DNA of 64,000 nucleotides from Selaginella moellendorffii (GCF_000143415.4 NW_003314286.1:1089643-1153642), one strand, 5' to 3'. Shown: positions 13,001-26,006, counted from the stretch's first letter. The notes: generated by a model not told the origin, from the letters alone. Numbers and translations are program-made.

Positions 13001-14130
13001 CTAATAAATTTATCATGAACAATATTTTTTTATAAAATTACTAAAAATAAACTATATATAAGTGGGTGATAGCATTTTCAAAATTTAAATATTAAATTCA
13101 CAAAGAGTTTATACTATGCTATGTATTTATATCATTATCATAATTACTCATTGTACACTTTCATTCAAATGGTGATAAATATAATTTAAAAATTCTCTAA
13201 ATCTATTTGATAATTTGCTATGAAACTTGGTATGATATTTTAACTATTATATTAGTACAAATAATATTGAAATATTGTTCAAAGGTTTTTATAAAATACT
13301 TTAAAAAAAACACCATCTTTAGTAGCACTGAAATAGAAATTAATTTCCTTCAATAATTATAATTTTAATAAACAGAAATATTTATGTAATGGAACTGAGG
13401 ACTTATATTGAGTTTGTAGACTAATTTTAGACTCTTACAATTACTAGAATCATTAATTTATTACTCTCAAAAATACAATAACCAAAACTTTTGAGAAAAA
13501 TAATGATTTGTTGGAAATTAATTTAATTATAATTTATCTTAGAGTCTTGAAATTTTTAAATAAGAATTTTTAACAATTGAAATGAAGAACAACTATTAAT
13601 TTGGTGCCTTCTAATATAGTTTAGAGTGAAAACTACTAATCCACTATATTAATTAATTCTTGCAAAGATCAACTAGAGAATGTTCTTATAAGTATAAAAT
13701 TACCCTTAAGTACATCTAAAAGACGTTTATTTTAAAACTATTTAATGCATATTAAAATACAGAAACAAAAACCTTACAATCTGATATTCCGAATATCCCT
13801 CCCATAAAACCACCCATATAAAAAAAATTCTACTCAATATGGTATTGAACCACCCCTCAAATGCACAGACCATATTTGACACTATAGAAGTAAGTGACCT
13901 CCTTGGGTAGCTCTTGGAGTGGCGAGGTGGGGTTTCTCTCCAACTAAACAGATGTTTATAAAATTATAATTGGTTCCAAGTCGTTTTAATACTCATAATT
14001 TTCAAGTTTAGAATTTAAATCACTATGTACTCAATACAAAATTTTTAGAATTTATAAGAAATAACCATTCAAAACATTCAGCACCATTCTCTTTTTTTTC
14101 ACTCAAGTTATCATGTTGTTGAATACAGTG

Positions 14131-14133
<3 letters not shown>

Positions 14134-14170
<37 letters not shown>

Positions 14171-14188
14171 CACACACACACACACACA
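14134..14188. repeat. Compound (CT)n(CA)n microsatellite
   Basis: Directly visible dinucleotide runs. Confidence 0.95.
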
Positions 14189-14329
14189 TAAATTCACAAG
14201 TAAAAACTTACATTTTCTTTTACCTAGTATGCAAAATATTTTGTCTAAATCAAACCTTAACAATAGCCCTACCTGTACAAAAAAGTCCAGCTGATCAAAT
14301 AGTGCGTTCTGGGATCATCTGAGGGCCTC

Positions 14330-14420
14330 AGGATTCCCTTTGATCACGTTGCAAAGACTTCTCAAGCTCAAGCTGAATCCGCTTCAAACGTAGTAGATAC
14401 GGGAACACCTTGTTGTACAA
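14330..14420 (-). pseudogene. Isolated exon fragment resembling gamma-tubulin complex component GCP4
   Basis: After a TTTTTCAG acceptor the minus strand reads LYNKVFPYLLRLKRIQLELEKS, similar to recalled GCP4 (Y.KVFQYLIRLKRTQMELEKS); it soon hits a stop and no other exons were recognised. Confidence 0.5.
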
Positions 14421-15652
14421 CTGAAAAAGGTAAATCCATTGGAGAGTGTGCATAAGAGTATGGTGTGCTATATGCAACACTCGTACTTTCACAATGGGCC
14501 ATACACGAGGTGAAAATGTGGTAGAACTAAGATCTTCGTGGAAGTGGAAGAAGATGCACTGTCAATTGGATATGTAATGCCAAACAACTGGCTGTTGTCT
14601 TCCCTGGTTGCCAAAGACATGCATTGAAAGTCGAAAGAAAAAATCAAAACTTACTCTTGGTTGGTGGCATGGATTCAAAAAGCATCGTTCTCAACTGAGC
14701 TTGTGTTCTCCACAATCCTGGAGTGTGCTTGAGCATCTGCCATCACACTAGCAGTCATCAAACTTTTCTATGCTATATGGCAAGCACTAATGAACAAGTA
14801 ACCTTACTGCATTTTCAACTTTGATGAGATTGGGATCTGTCATGTTGTGTCTAAAAAGCGAGGAGAGTGGTTTATGCTGTAGCTACTAATGGAAGTAAGC
14901 TCCTGAATCACAACATTTAAAGGGGAAAACCAAGTAGGCTGGTTAGAGAGCTATGTGAGCAAGGAGGATCCATGCACATGGATGAGCAATAATGGGCTTG
15001 TCATCTCATGTGGCATCTCTTTAATAAATCTCATAGTGGTGAGGCTGTTGTGGAGAAGGCATTTGAGTTCATATTTCAGGCAGAGGGAATAAGATTACCA
15101 CATACCTCATACAACCTCTTGACATGAGTTACCTTCCAAGGTAAATATTTGTGCCAAGTACATGGAAGTAAGATTTGATAGCTGCACTCCCACAAAGATC
15201 TTAGTAGAAATAAAAAGACCAGAAGTGTTGAGATATGCAAAACCTTCAAAAACATGTATTATAACTCACTCCCATCCGGCCCAGGGTGTGGCCGGTGCCA
15301 GGGATAGGCAGCTAATGGTATGTTGGAAGAACACCTGGATCAACATCCTAGCACACATCTCCTTCACATTGAGGTTGCTAATTGAGAGGACCTGAGTTGT
15401 TCAACACTTTTGGTCAAAAGTGTAAATGTGGCAAAAGATATCACAGTGTTAAAGCATTGCATTTGGATCCTCATGCCTCCACTTGGGCTCAAAAACATGT
15501 ATTATTACTCCCACTTTTTACAGAAATTTTGCAAGATTAAAAAAACTACTTCAGCCATGAGCCTTATCGTGAGTTGTATATCAAATTTTCAAGAAACTGC
15601 AGTCAGTTCTCCGTTTGACAAAAGAAAATGAAAAAAGAGTTGGATTATCAAT

Positions 15653-16596
15653 TCACAGAGAAGACCAGCGTTGGATTCAAGGCAAAGTGTGACCACCATC
15701 TACGAGATAGATCTGGCCGGTCATATAAGACGAGTGCTCATCGCTCGCGAGAATGAGCACCAGAGTCAAGTCTGGAGATACTTGTCCGAAGCGGCGCAGT
15801 GGAACGATCTTGGCCGCTGCGTCGTGGACCCAGGCTTGATCGAGACCTTCAGTGATCTCCGATCGAAAGATCCCAGCTGCGAACTCGGATCTTAAACTTG
15901 CCAAGCTCCAAGGCCATGATCTACAAAAGGTTAGATCACGGAAGAAAGATCTGGGGCTGGTACCTGAGTCAAGCGATTGATCGCAGCCTTGGATGAACCG
16001 TATGCCGTCCCGCCGGGAAAAATGCCCCCGGATGATGCAAAGGAGGAGATATTGATGATCGAGCCGGGTTTCTTGGCAGCCACCATCCTCTTCGCGACAG
16101 CCTTGGAAACCAGCCATGTACCTCTCGTGTTCGTGTTAAAGGTTTTGTTCCAATCCTCTTCGTCCAACTCCAGAGGCGATTTTACAGGCCCTGTGAAGAT
16201 AAAAGAAAAAAAACTACTATCACAAGAGAGTCAACGAATCTTCACGGAAAAAAAAAAAAAAACAAGCGACGCGAGGGAATTTGCAAGCAAAAAACAGAGA
16301 CACAGAGAGAGAGAGAGAGAGTTGCCTCTAATGCCTGCATTGTTGATGAGCACGTCCACACCTCCAAAGAAACTCCACGCCCGATCAATGGCGGCATCGA
16401 TGGATCTCTCGCTTGCGCTCACATCCAGCTCCACAGCGCGCGCATCGTCGCGCCCGATCTCCTCGCACACCGATGCCAGCAGCTGCGCCCTCCGCGCAGC
16501 GAGCACCACCCGATAAGATCCATGCCGTGCGAACGCGATCGCGAATTCCTTGCCCAGCCCGGACGATGCTCCCGTGACCAAGACCACTCTCTCCAA
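15653..16596 (-). pseudogene. SDR short-chain dehydrogenase pseudogene (copy of 30847-32015)
   Basis: TGASSGLG, NNAG and YGSSK motifs. Relative to the intact copy: start ATG deleted, 8-bp deletion (aaacgcca) causing a frameshift near 15883, and a GGG->TGA change before the C-terminal SSL. Confidence 0.9.
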
Positions 16597-16909
16597 CCTA
16601 GAGTTTGGCTGTTAAATGCAAATTTCTATTTACAACCATTTCCCCCCTCGTTAGAAACAAAGGCATCGCAAATATTTGTGAAGAAACGAATGGTCATTTC
16701 TCTGCGAGTTCGCCACCACTTTGCTTGTTTTTTTCTTTTTTTTTTCTTCGTGCCCCTGTAGATGCCTGAATGATCATACTTACAAGCAGCTATCTATCAG
16801 GAAGAATGAAAGAACAAGGGATGAGGAAGAAGAAGAACATCAAAGTAAAATAGAACAACGAGGAGAAGCGAGAAGAAGATCGGCGACGAGAGAAAGAAGC
16901 GAGAGGATA

Positions 16910-18052
16910 TTAGAAGTGGATCTGCCGGCAATGGCTGGACGAGGCCTCCATGGGACAGTAGGGGCACTTGAAAGGCCGAGTGTTACCTTTGGCGAGCTTG
17001 ACGATGGACTGCTTGCACAAGACATGCCCGCAGGGGAGCAGCATCGGCGGGTTCTCGGCGGAGCTCTGGTCCCGCGACACCGGGCACGCGAAGATGGAGT
17101 GGAACTGAAACTCCTTGTCCAGCTCGATCTCCACCGGGAGCTGCTTCATCGCCTGCCACTCGCCCTTCTTGTTGCTCATCACCGACGAGAGCTTGAGCAG
17201 CGTCGGGAGAGCCTGCGACCCCGCCGAGAGCGTTACGTGCAGCGGGCTCTCGTATCCCTGTCCCAGGAGTCCGCAACACTCTCGAGTAAACTCCAGCGCC
17301 ACGCTCTCCCAGTGCGACGGCGCCAGCAGCTCCTTGTAAGGATTGGAGCCGACGTCGCGCGCGAAGTAGACCATGCACGCCATGAGCTTCTTGATCACTC
17401 CCAAATGATCCGGGAACTTGCCGAAGATCCTCCTCCCATACAGCAGCGCCTCCCATCTCCCGGCCTTGAGCAGCGTCTGGACGAACTCCAGCTGGTGGAG
17501 CTTAAACTCGAGCGAGGATCCCTTCTCTTTGAGCTCCTTGTGGTGTGACTTCGCCCACTCGATCGCCGGCTCCAAATTCTTGTTCCTCATGTGTTCCAGT
17601 ATCTGATACATCTCGAAGAATGGCAGCTTGAGCGCGGCGGCACCCTCGCTCTCCTGGGCCTCGCCGACGAAGCAGTCGCCCAGCTCGAACATCCCCTGCC
17701 GGTAGAAGTGGAGGGCGATGATCTGGTTGACGAGCCTGTGATCGAAGTCCATGTCCCTGTACGCCTTGGAGAGATCCGCGCAAAATTGCTTGTCCATCAC
17801 CTTTCCATACTTGCTGAGAGCCAAGTTCACCTCCTTCTGTGCCGACGAGAGCTGGTTCACGGCCGCCGTGAGCTTCGCCTGGAGCTCCGACAGCACCGCG
17901 CTGTGATCCACCACGTCGCCTTGATCCAGCTTGGACGCCGCCGCCTGGATCTCGTGCATGAACTTGTCGATCACATCCTCGGTCTTGGCGTACGAGAGCT
18001 TCTGCTTCTTTGTTACTCGATCGAATGCGTCTTGCATCGACGCGAGATCCAT
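16910..18052 (-). CDS. RMND5: RMND5/GID2 subunit of the CTLH E3 ligase (LisH-CTLH-CRA-RING), intronless
   Basis: IIALHFYRQG, LEFKLHQLEF, FHSIFACPVSRDQ, PPMLLPCGHVLCK, FKCPYCP. Confidence 0.95.
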   Translation of the reverse strand: MDLASMQDAFDRVTKKQKLSYAKTEDVIDKFMHEIQAAASKLDQGDVVDHSAVLSELQAKLTAAVNQLSSAQKEVNLALSKYGKVMDKQFCADLSKAYRDMDFDHRLVNQIIALHFYRQGMFELGDCFVGEAQESEGAAALKLPFFEMYQILEHMRNKNLEPAIEWAKSHHKELKEKGSSLEFKLHQLEFVQTLLKAGRWEALLYGRRIFGKFPDHLGVIKKLMACMVYFARDVGSNPYKELLAPSHWESVALEFTRECCGLLGQGYESPLHVTLSAGSQALPTLLKLSSVMSNKKGEWQAMKQLPVEIELDKEFQFHSIFACPVSRDQSSAENPPMLLPCGHVLCKQSIVKLAKGNTRPFKCPYCPMEASSSHCRQIHF

Positions 18053-18417
18053 TTTTGCTTCTCTTCTTTCCCTGCCCTGTTCTTCCTTCTATCCAATCCG
18101 CGATTCGATAGCGCCGGGGAGCTAAAGAATCCCTGGAAGCCAATCTTCTTCCCCTACCTAGAGAGAATCGAAATTAGGCTCTGCGGAGGCGCGGCGTCGC
18201 AATCCAGGGAAGCGATCCACTCACCCGTCCACGCGTCTCGCCGCCACCGCCATCTCGCGCCCCCGCTGCCCTATCGCGCCCACGCCAGGAACCCTAATTG
18301 CCCCACAAAACAAAGTCAGCCGCTCGACGATGGACGGTCCAAAACGCCGCGACACATGGTCATAAATTGGAGATTCGGACGACCCAGCCCAGTCCGTACT
18401 AAAAGAAGGTTCTTTTC

Positions 18418-18848
18418 TTTTCGAGAAGGAACAAAGATTTTAAGCAAAACTTTGATCCTGCTACAAAGATATAGCTGCTTGTTAGTTTGTATTTACTCTA
18501 GCCTTGGACTTCTCAGAGTTCCCTGATCAATCGATCGCTAAAAAAAACGAAGCAAAAGAAAAACCTGCGTGAGATTGAGAGAACTTAGTCTAGAAGTTAC
18601 TTGCAGCCTGTACTCAATACAGTGCTCCACGCTCCAAGCTCAGGAGCGAAGCTCTCTCCCTCCAACGTCGTGGCGAAGCTCTCTCCCTAGCTCGGCGTCG
18701 AGGCAGCCATAGCCAGGCCGCCACCGTTGTGCTCTTTGTCCTGCCGAGTAGCTTGCAACACCAGCTCTTGAAAGCGTCGCTCAAGGCACGGAAAGTCTTC
18801 CTACTAACCGATCCAGATCTTAAACACCGTCACCACCACTGCGCTCAG
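18418..18848 (-). pseudogene. Inverted, deletion-riddled copy of the BTB gene 3' end and 3' UTR (~9810-10325)
   Basis: The reverse complement matches blocks such as gacgctttc..gagctggtgttgcaagct, gagagcttcgccacgacgttgga and aaatctttgttccttctcgaaaag. Confidence 0.9.
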
Positions 18849-19164
18849 TGAGAACAGAACCAAAGTTAGCAGCACGAAGAAATGTTTCAAGCACGTTCAT
18901 TGTGATGTGGCAATTGGCAAGTGACGTGCCATATCACTTGCCACATAGGCTCGCTTTCCACTTAATCATATTCTTTAATCTTCTTGTTTTTAGGGTTCTT
19001 GGCCTGATATGAATCAATGCTTGCTGTCACATCCTGCAAAGCAACCACGCCCTGCTTGAAGCGCCAAAGCCACTTTCTTGCGGCAAAGACCCCTGGAGTT
19101 GAATTTCTGGCTGGAGCATCTGGAGACTCCTGTTAGTCCTTATTCAAGCTGAAAAATGCTTTGG

Positions 19165-19630
19165 TGGTTTGGAGTACATGGAAACGTACTCACCAGTTGT
19201 GGAATGACCTCTGCCCGAGTAATCCTTGCATTAAGTATTAGAGCTACATCAAATGGATGTCAGCACAGCGTTCCTGGATGGCAAAGCTGACCGAGGATGT
19301 TTATGTTGCTCAACCGCCTGGCTACATCAAACCTGGTGAGGAACACCTTGTTTGTAAGCTGAATCGCGCCCTGTAAGGGCTCAAGCAGTCCTCACATGTT
19401 TGGTTTGAGCACATCGATGCTTTCTTCGAAAGCATTGGCTGTATTCCACTGGCTGTTGAAGGGAACGTGTTTGCTTGGATCGTGGCATTGTACGTGGACG
19501 ACTGTGTGCTTGGAAGTATTGCCCGATAGAGGATATGACTGCTAATATCCTCACCAAAGCACTGCATTGCGGTCTGTTTGAATGCCACCAAACTGCTCTT
19601 GGAGTGCGCTCTCCATCGCTGAGTGGGAGG
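19165..19630 (+). mobile_element. Ty1/copia pol remnant (RT plus RNaseH end, internally deleted) with PPT
   Basis: ETYSPVV, LHQMDVSTAFL, VYVAQPPGY, CKLNRAL*GLKQS, LYVDD, DMTANILTKAL, ending in tgagtgggagg; contains stops and frameshifts. Confidence 0.9.
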
Positions 19631-22600
19631 GGCAGTTCATCCTTCACAGCTGATCAAGCCAAAGTGGGAAAGTCGAGTCTCGATCAGCACACCACGCGGC
19701 ATGTCCACGTGGAGAGTCGCATCTAGTGGTGTCCCTTGAGTCATGTAAACATTTGAACACAATGACAGCGCTACCAATGTGGTAGAAGATTAGTGTGCCT
19801 CTTGACTAAAACTAAATGGAGAGGTAATATGTAATATGATTAAAAGAAAGTTTCTAATAATGGTGTAAGAATTGATAATATATAGAACATTCCATCCAGC
19901 TTATTAGGGAGCTTAAATTATTTTTTGGTCTATAGCATTTTAGTTTTAGCTAAAACATCCTAATTAAAATAATTGTTCTATAGTGGGGCAAACAACTTGA
20001 TGTATATATTGATTGTGCTATAGCACAAAGAAATTTAGGGTGAAATTGAATTGGAGACATTCTTCTAAATCATGATAAACATTGATCAAATATGAAGTTA
20101 TGGTGATGATTCTAGGAAGAAGCCTAAGAGTCAATACACAACAAACATATTCCTCCAAAAACTTGTATCATGGATAATGAGTACACCATTACTTTTAAAT
20201 TGAAAATTGATTTCAAGTTATTTATTTAAATATAATCTATTGTTTGGATTTACTCAAATTTTAATCAATCAATATTATGGTTCTCATTTTTTGATAGTTG
20301 AATTTTTTTTTAATATAGTGTAAAAATTAATAGACTGTTAGATTTATTGAAATATATAACACAAAAAGTTTTAAAAAATATTAAAGAGTATTTAATAAGA
20401 GAACAAGTATATACATAAATAAAATTGAAATATTCTTAATTTAAATTTATTTTTCTAACTATATAAATTTTATCTTAGATATACTTAGTAATAAGTGAGA
20501 TAAATTGAAATTAATAAATTCTTAATATTAAAAGTTAATTTAAAATTTGAAAAATTTAATTATAGCTTTAAACAATAAAAAACTAAGAAGATAAGGGTTT
20601 TGTATTATTTTTAAAAGTTTTATTTCCAAGTTATGATCTGGATTTATCATATGTTTCACAAAATAAAATATAAAGGTTTTCATGATAGCAAATATGCTAT
20701 ATAGGTTTTATCAATGTATGATGGCTCTACTAACATCATATTAAATCTCATGGATAAAGACATCCACAACATATTACTTGGGGTAAAGTTTATTGTATTG
20801 AAAATTTCTGATATAAAGAAAAAATTAAACATGTATTGTATATAAGTTATTTCTCTTAACAGAGAAAATATATTATAACATTATATTAAGAATTTAATAT
20901 GTTTATATACTTAATTTTATAAGTATAGCATTTAAATTTGATAGAAAATATTATTTTTATATCAAAATTAATGTTTTCATATTTTTAGTGTGTTTTGTAA
21001 TTTCCATTACACTAATTATACTTTAATTGCATCAAGAACACTTTTATTTTTTATAATTTAAAAATTTACTACTTTATTTGTGATTGTGAGTATATGGAAT
21101 TTGCATCTTATATGATGCATTTATTTATTTTAGGGACAATTGTAAATTTTTCTATAAATACATTAATAAATTTGTATGAGTATAATTATCTTTTACTCTT
21201 AAAATAATATTACAAAATGCTCTTTAAAGTTGAAATTCCTAACTTTTTTCCTTAACTACATTTCTTTCACATAAAGCTTTATTGCAAATACTAAATAATA
21301 AAAATGACACTAATGTTCATTCCTAGAAAATAAAAAGTTTAAGATGAATTACATTCAGATTAAGAAAATCTAGATAATAGTTTTATTTTTTGACTTAAAT
21401 AAATATTTTGTTCAGAAAAATATTTTATTTTTTGGATTACTTTTAATTATGAACTATATGATGATGTGAATATTGAACAATCATTTTACTTAAAAAAATA
21501 TTTAAATCTTTTTTTAAAATATTAATACCATATTTAGTACAAGACAACTTTAATGACTTAGTAAATAATATAATAGGTTAATATTTCTCAATAATATGCT
21601 AGAATAATAATTTAGAGTTTACTTTGATATACCAAAAAATTAAATACTAAAAGAGAGGAAAACATTGGGTAAAATAATTTATAATTTTTCTAGAAAACTT
21701 TATAAGTTAAGAATATATATTAAGTTTTTCTTATAATTGATGAACACTTAAGAAGTTTATTTAGGATAAAAATAGCTTATATTTTACCAATATAACCATG
21801 ATATTTTACCTATCTAACTATAGTAGGCCAAAAGATTTACAATTATCATTTTTCTTAATTAAAATCTATGAAGTCCAAGTGTTAGTGTAATGAGATTTTG
21901 ATAGTTATTGGAGTGGTTTCAATTTGAATCACTTTCTCTTGTATATAAGCTAAGTTTTAATATGCACATTTCTATATTCTATTTACATATTCCATGCACT
22001 CACATTAGTGGAAATAAGAGGCAACTTTAATTGTCCTTAAGAAGTTTAAATTTGGGATTTTGGTTTATATTTAACTTTTGCATAATTTAGATCTCCCTTT
22101 CTTTATAGCTTTTTTAATTTCTTTTTTTTTTTTTTGCTTTTTCCTTTTCATTCATCTTTATAGTAGAGTAGCAAAGTCTTCTCCTTTGACTCTAGAGTAG
22201 TAGTTAGTGTAGTTTCTTGATGATATACAATTGCAATTGAACAATTAAACTCAATTGATGGCATTATTCACGGCACATATTATAGCTTCTCTTACTCTTA
22301 TTGCCAATCCTCATGTTTCTCTATAATTCTTTTTTGAGAATTTTGGGGATGATGTGTACTATTGATTTAATCATTTCATGATGATTGCCATATATCATTT
22401 TTGTGATAATGCTTGGCATTTATATAAGTTTCTGATGTGTCTCCAAAGGACGGCATTGCAATGTTCTACGTGTTTAAAGATGTCCAGAAAAATGCTCCAA
22501 TCCACACAAGTGGCTACACTCAAACTATTTTACCATACTAACGATTGAGATGATGCTTTCCAACAATTATATCATCTTTGTCAATGATTATTTAAGTTGG

Positions 22601-23367
22601 TGATGCAATTTGGTATTTGTTTCTAATTTCATGCGGAGCCAATTATGTTGGAATAAATTAAGTTGGGAATGTTGTGACTAACACTTTGTTAAGATTTTGA
22701 AATCTTGTACATGCATTTACTCTAGTAGCCTTTGATGATACTCTTCACTTAGTATAATATTATAAAATGTTGCCTCTTCCACTTCTCGTTGCATGTTCTT
22801 TAGCTCCACTTATTATGGGAAATAGTTCTGTTCTAATAAAGGTTGATGTTGCTACTACTCAAGTTTAAAGACAAGGGTGAGGATATAGTCATCGTTCTGA
22901 TGTTCATTATTAGGCATATGATGAAGTTGATCACACATTATTGACATTATCGGCCATTTTCTAGGTGGAGACCTTGGCATTAACAATGTCTCGTTGGTGA
23001 TGCTACAATAAAAGGTTTAGACATTGAGATGTGTCTATAAAATGAGGAGTCACATGAGTAATGGATAGTCCTTGTGAAAATAAGTCAATGACTCCTCCAT
23101 CATTTTCTCGGGAGTATCATCAAGGGGTTTACTTAGTATCAATTCATCAAATGTTTACTTTCTAAGCTTGTTTTTATAACAAGAGATCTCATATTATCCT
23201 TTTCATGTTGGTTGATATAAATTTAAGTTTATCTTCTATTGCTTAGTCTATTATCACATGCTACCATCTATATTTGTATCATATAGTAGAATTAATTTTC
23301 ATTCTTTATAGCAATAATTATACATATGTATGTGCATAGGACGAGGGTGATTTTGTTGTGCATATAG

Positions 23368-23552
23368 TGTAAGTAACCAAAGAAAACGACTTGAGAGACG
23401 GTCTATAGGGTTCAAATACAAAGGGAAAGGGTCCATGAATAAGAATGCATCAATCGGTTAAGGGTCTTGGGATATTTGAAGTTAAGCGTCTTTGGGTTTG
23501 AATAGTATTAGGCTAGGTGACCTCCTGGGAAATCCAAACTTATGAGCTTATA
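23368..23552 (+). mobile_element. 185-bp solo LTR containing a 5S rRNA-derived segment (Cassandra-like TRIM)
   Basis: Termini TGTAAG...CTTATA (decayed CTTACA); 5-bp TSD TATAG on both sides; 23480-23535 aligns ungapped to the 5S A-box/IE/C-box region. Confidence 0.85.
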
Positions 23553-24494
23553 TATAGGTGATCTTGACCTTGAGTTATAATCATTATAAATGGTGCTAAA
23601 TCTAGCTTTGGACTTCATCCTTGGCATGGATTAGTTATAACATAATCATACCAAGTTTAACTTTGAGGCTTTCCCCCCTTGTCTTATACTTCTTTATCTT
23701 TCTTTCATTCCTCTCATTTTTGTTCTTCTTTTCCTTTTGTTTTTATCTTGCTTCCATCACTTTGGTTTCCTCATTATTTCCATTTCTATCTTGTTCTCTA
23801 TTACTTCTTCAAATCTGTTTGATAGTCTTTATGTTGTAGCAGTTGAACAACTCATAAAGAAGTATTCCAATCTCTTTGAATTTGATTTGCTATTTGGGGT
23901 TAAGATATGTCATTCTATTCCAACTAAGGATACTCGTCTAATTAAGGAGTAGGGAGTCACGCTAGGCATCCTGTGTGATGCCGTTCATAGATGCATATGT
24001 GGAGGTTGGGTTCAAATCCCGACCCTCTAGTGTTTCGGTTCGAGTCCCACATCACTAGAGCGTGGTGATGGTTTGGAATATGAGGACACTCATATTTTGG
24101 TGGTCATGGACTCTTAATGAGGAGATTGGCTTGGGCACACCACCAAGTGGGGGATGTTCTGGAGTCGTGATGCACAGTTAGATTGGTTAGAGTGAAAGTT
24201 CGGCATATTTAACTTGAATACTTTGGTGCAAAGGGCACCAAGGACGTGGTGAATGAGATGGGGACACCCAGTCTCAGTTGCTATGGATCCTTGGCTGGAA
24301 GGGTTGGCTTGGGCGCACCGCCAAATGTGGGGGATGCCCCTAGGGTCATAGTCAACAAATTAAAAAGGTCTGGAAGACTTAGTTCCTATTGGTAAACATG
24401 TTAATGGGTTAAGATAAGGTCACTAGGTGATTTTGTGGTTTAAGGAATATGATTCCTAGTTCAAAGTGTTGAGTTGAACTATTGAGAATGGTGT

Positions 24495-26006
24495 TGTAAG
24501 TGACTAATTTTTCCATTCTACTAACCACACCTTCGACCACTTGGAGGAGTCTCATTCACAACCTTCTTAAGTCTAATTCAGGACTTGGGACTTGCTAGCC
24601 CCGAGAATGGCATCCATGCCACTCATCCCTTGCATTTAGTCTAAGTGCTCCATATCCCGGTCCCAAGACCGACACCCCAAGGTACCACCAACATACTAGC
24701 CCGTTACACTAAGGCCATGCTTATTTACCTTGGTCACACCGGTGGTCTAACCCACCTGCATCGCGGTCCTGTCTCTCAAAGACTGGGCCATCCGTCCATG
24801 AGTGACCATCTTGGGTCCACTCCTTAGCATCCTTAAGATGCCTGTAGACATAGGGAACAGCCTTCCCCAATATCCCTTTTACAGTCTGCACCAAGATCTT
24901 TTTCTGTCTATGGTTGTGTTCACCAACACTGCCACTAGATCAAGGCCCACAGGCCTGACCACTAAGTCCTAGTGTCCTCTGGGACTTCCTCACCACATGA
25001 CTGTATCATTGGTCACCACACTAAAGGATTGCTCCTCTTCCATTCTATAGTCTGGGACTTTGGGACAACATTTCGGAACACTATAGCCTTATGTGAGTCT
25101 CATGAGTACTCTCCCCACCTTCCGCCTTTTGGTGCTCTAGCCGTGGGCTTAGAGCGAGGTTCCATTGAGTCACATTAGGTATCCAAGTAGGTAGTGCCAC
25201 CCACAGTTGGACTGGGAGCATCGACCATTCGATCTCCCAGGGGAACTAGAGTCGGCTCTTGAACACTTCACCAAGCTACCCCGCTTGACAATCCGTATTC
25301 ACTCTAGCCTTGGACCTCCCAGTGGTTATCTCGTCACCCAACACCTGGGCACAGCCTTCCTAGGCCAAACTGGCTCCACTAGAGTCCTCCCCTACTATAC
25401 TTTTGGAGCTCACCAAACCCCCAGGGTCTGGGAGACAAATGCTTTGGGCTTTCACCCTCTCAGACTCGAACTCGGACTTGGACTTGGACTTGGACTCGGA
25501 CTTGGACTTGGGCTTAGGCTCAGTCTCAACCTCGGTCTCAGTCCCGGTCTCGGTCTCGGTCTTGGTCTCGACTTCGGACTCCATCTCGGGTCCTTCTCGG
25601 ACTCCATCTCGGATTCCATCTCAGGTCCATCGCGGACTCCATCTTGGGTCCATCTCGAAGTCCATCTCGGACTCCATCTCGAGTCCATATCGGACTCCAT
25701 CTTGGGTCCATCTCAGACTCCATTTCGGGTCCATCTCAGACTCCATCTCTGGTCCATCTCAGACTCCATCTCGGACACTTCCACATGTCATATGTTAGTC
25801 CTTTTGGGCCTCTTTTTCGAGCCTCACTTATTGCTCGCTTCATGCTCATTCCTCGAGCACTCCATTGGGAGTTCCACTCCCGCTCTTGACCTTTCAAGTC
25901 GGAGCTTTTAGTCCAATTGTGTTACGCTCGTTTGGCTTTTGCTTCGGCCATTACCACGTGGCATCCTTTCGGCTCCACTTTGGGGTTTAGGGATTTGTGT
26001 CTCACA
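24495..26006. mobile_element. ~1.5-kb solo LTR
   Basis: Termini TGTAAG...CTCACA, perfect 5-bp TSD GGTGT (24490-24494 and 26007-26011); internal 6-bp and 12-bp (ctcggactccat) minisatellites. Confidence 0.9.

Noticed and set aside
13885-13915. gtgacctccttgggtagctc as a third 5S-like piece
   Set aside because: The match is too short, with no A-box or LTR similarity.
18915-18943. 10-bp-stem hairpin tggcaagtga/tcacttgcca near the pseudo-BTB breakpoint
   Set aside because: No Helitron-type CTRR end or other context supports a role.
23480-23535. Functional 5S rRNA gene
   Set aside because: Only the ~56-nt internal control region is present, inside a TSD-flanked LTR; the 5' half and 3' end are missing.
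25460-25780. Short repeats as a possible CRISPR-like array
   Set aside because: Contiguous degenerate units with no unique spacers; eukaryotic context with no cas genes.
25207-25911. ORFs with LG/SD repeats, here and at 27184-28378
   Set aside because: Products of 6- and 12-bp minisatellites inside LTRs, not genes.
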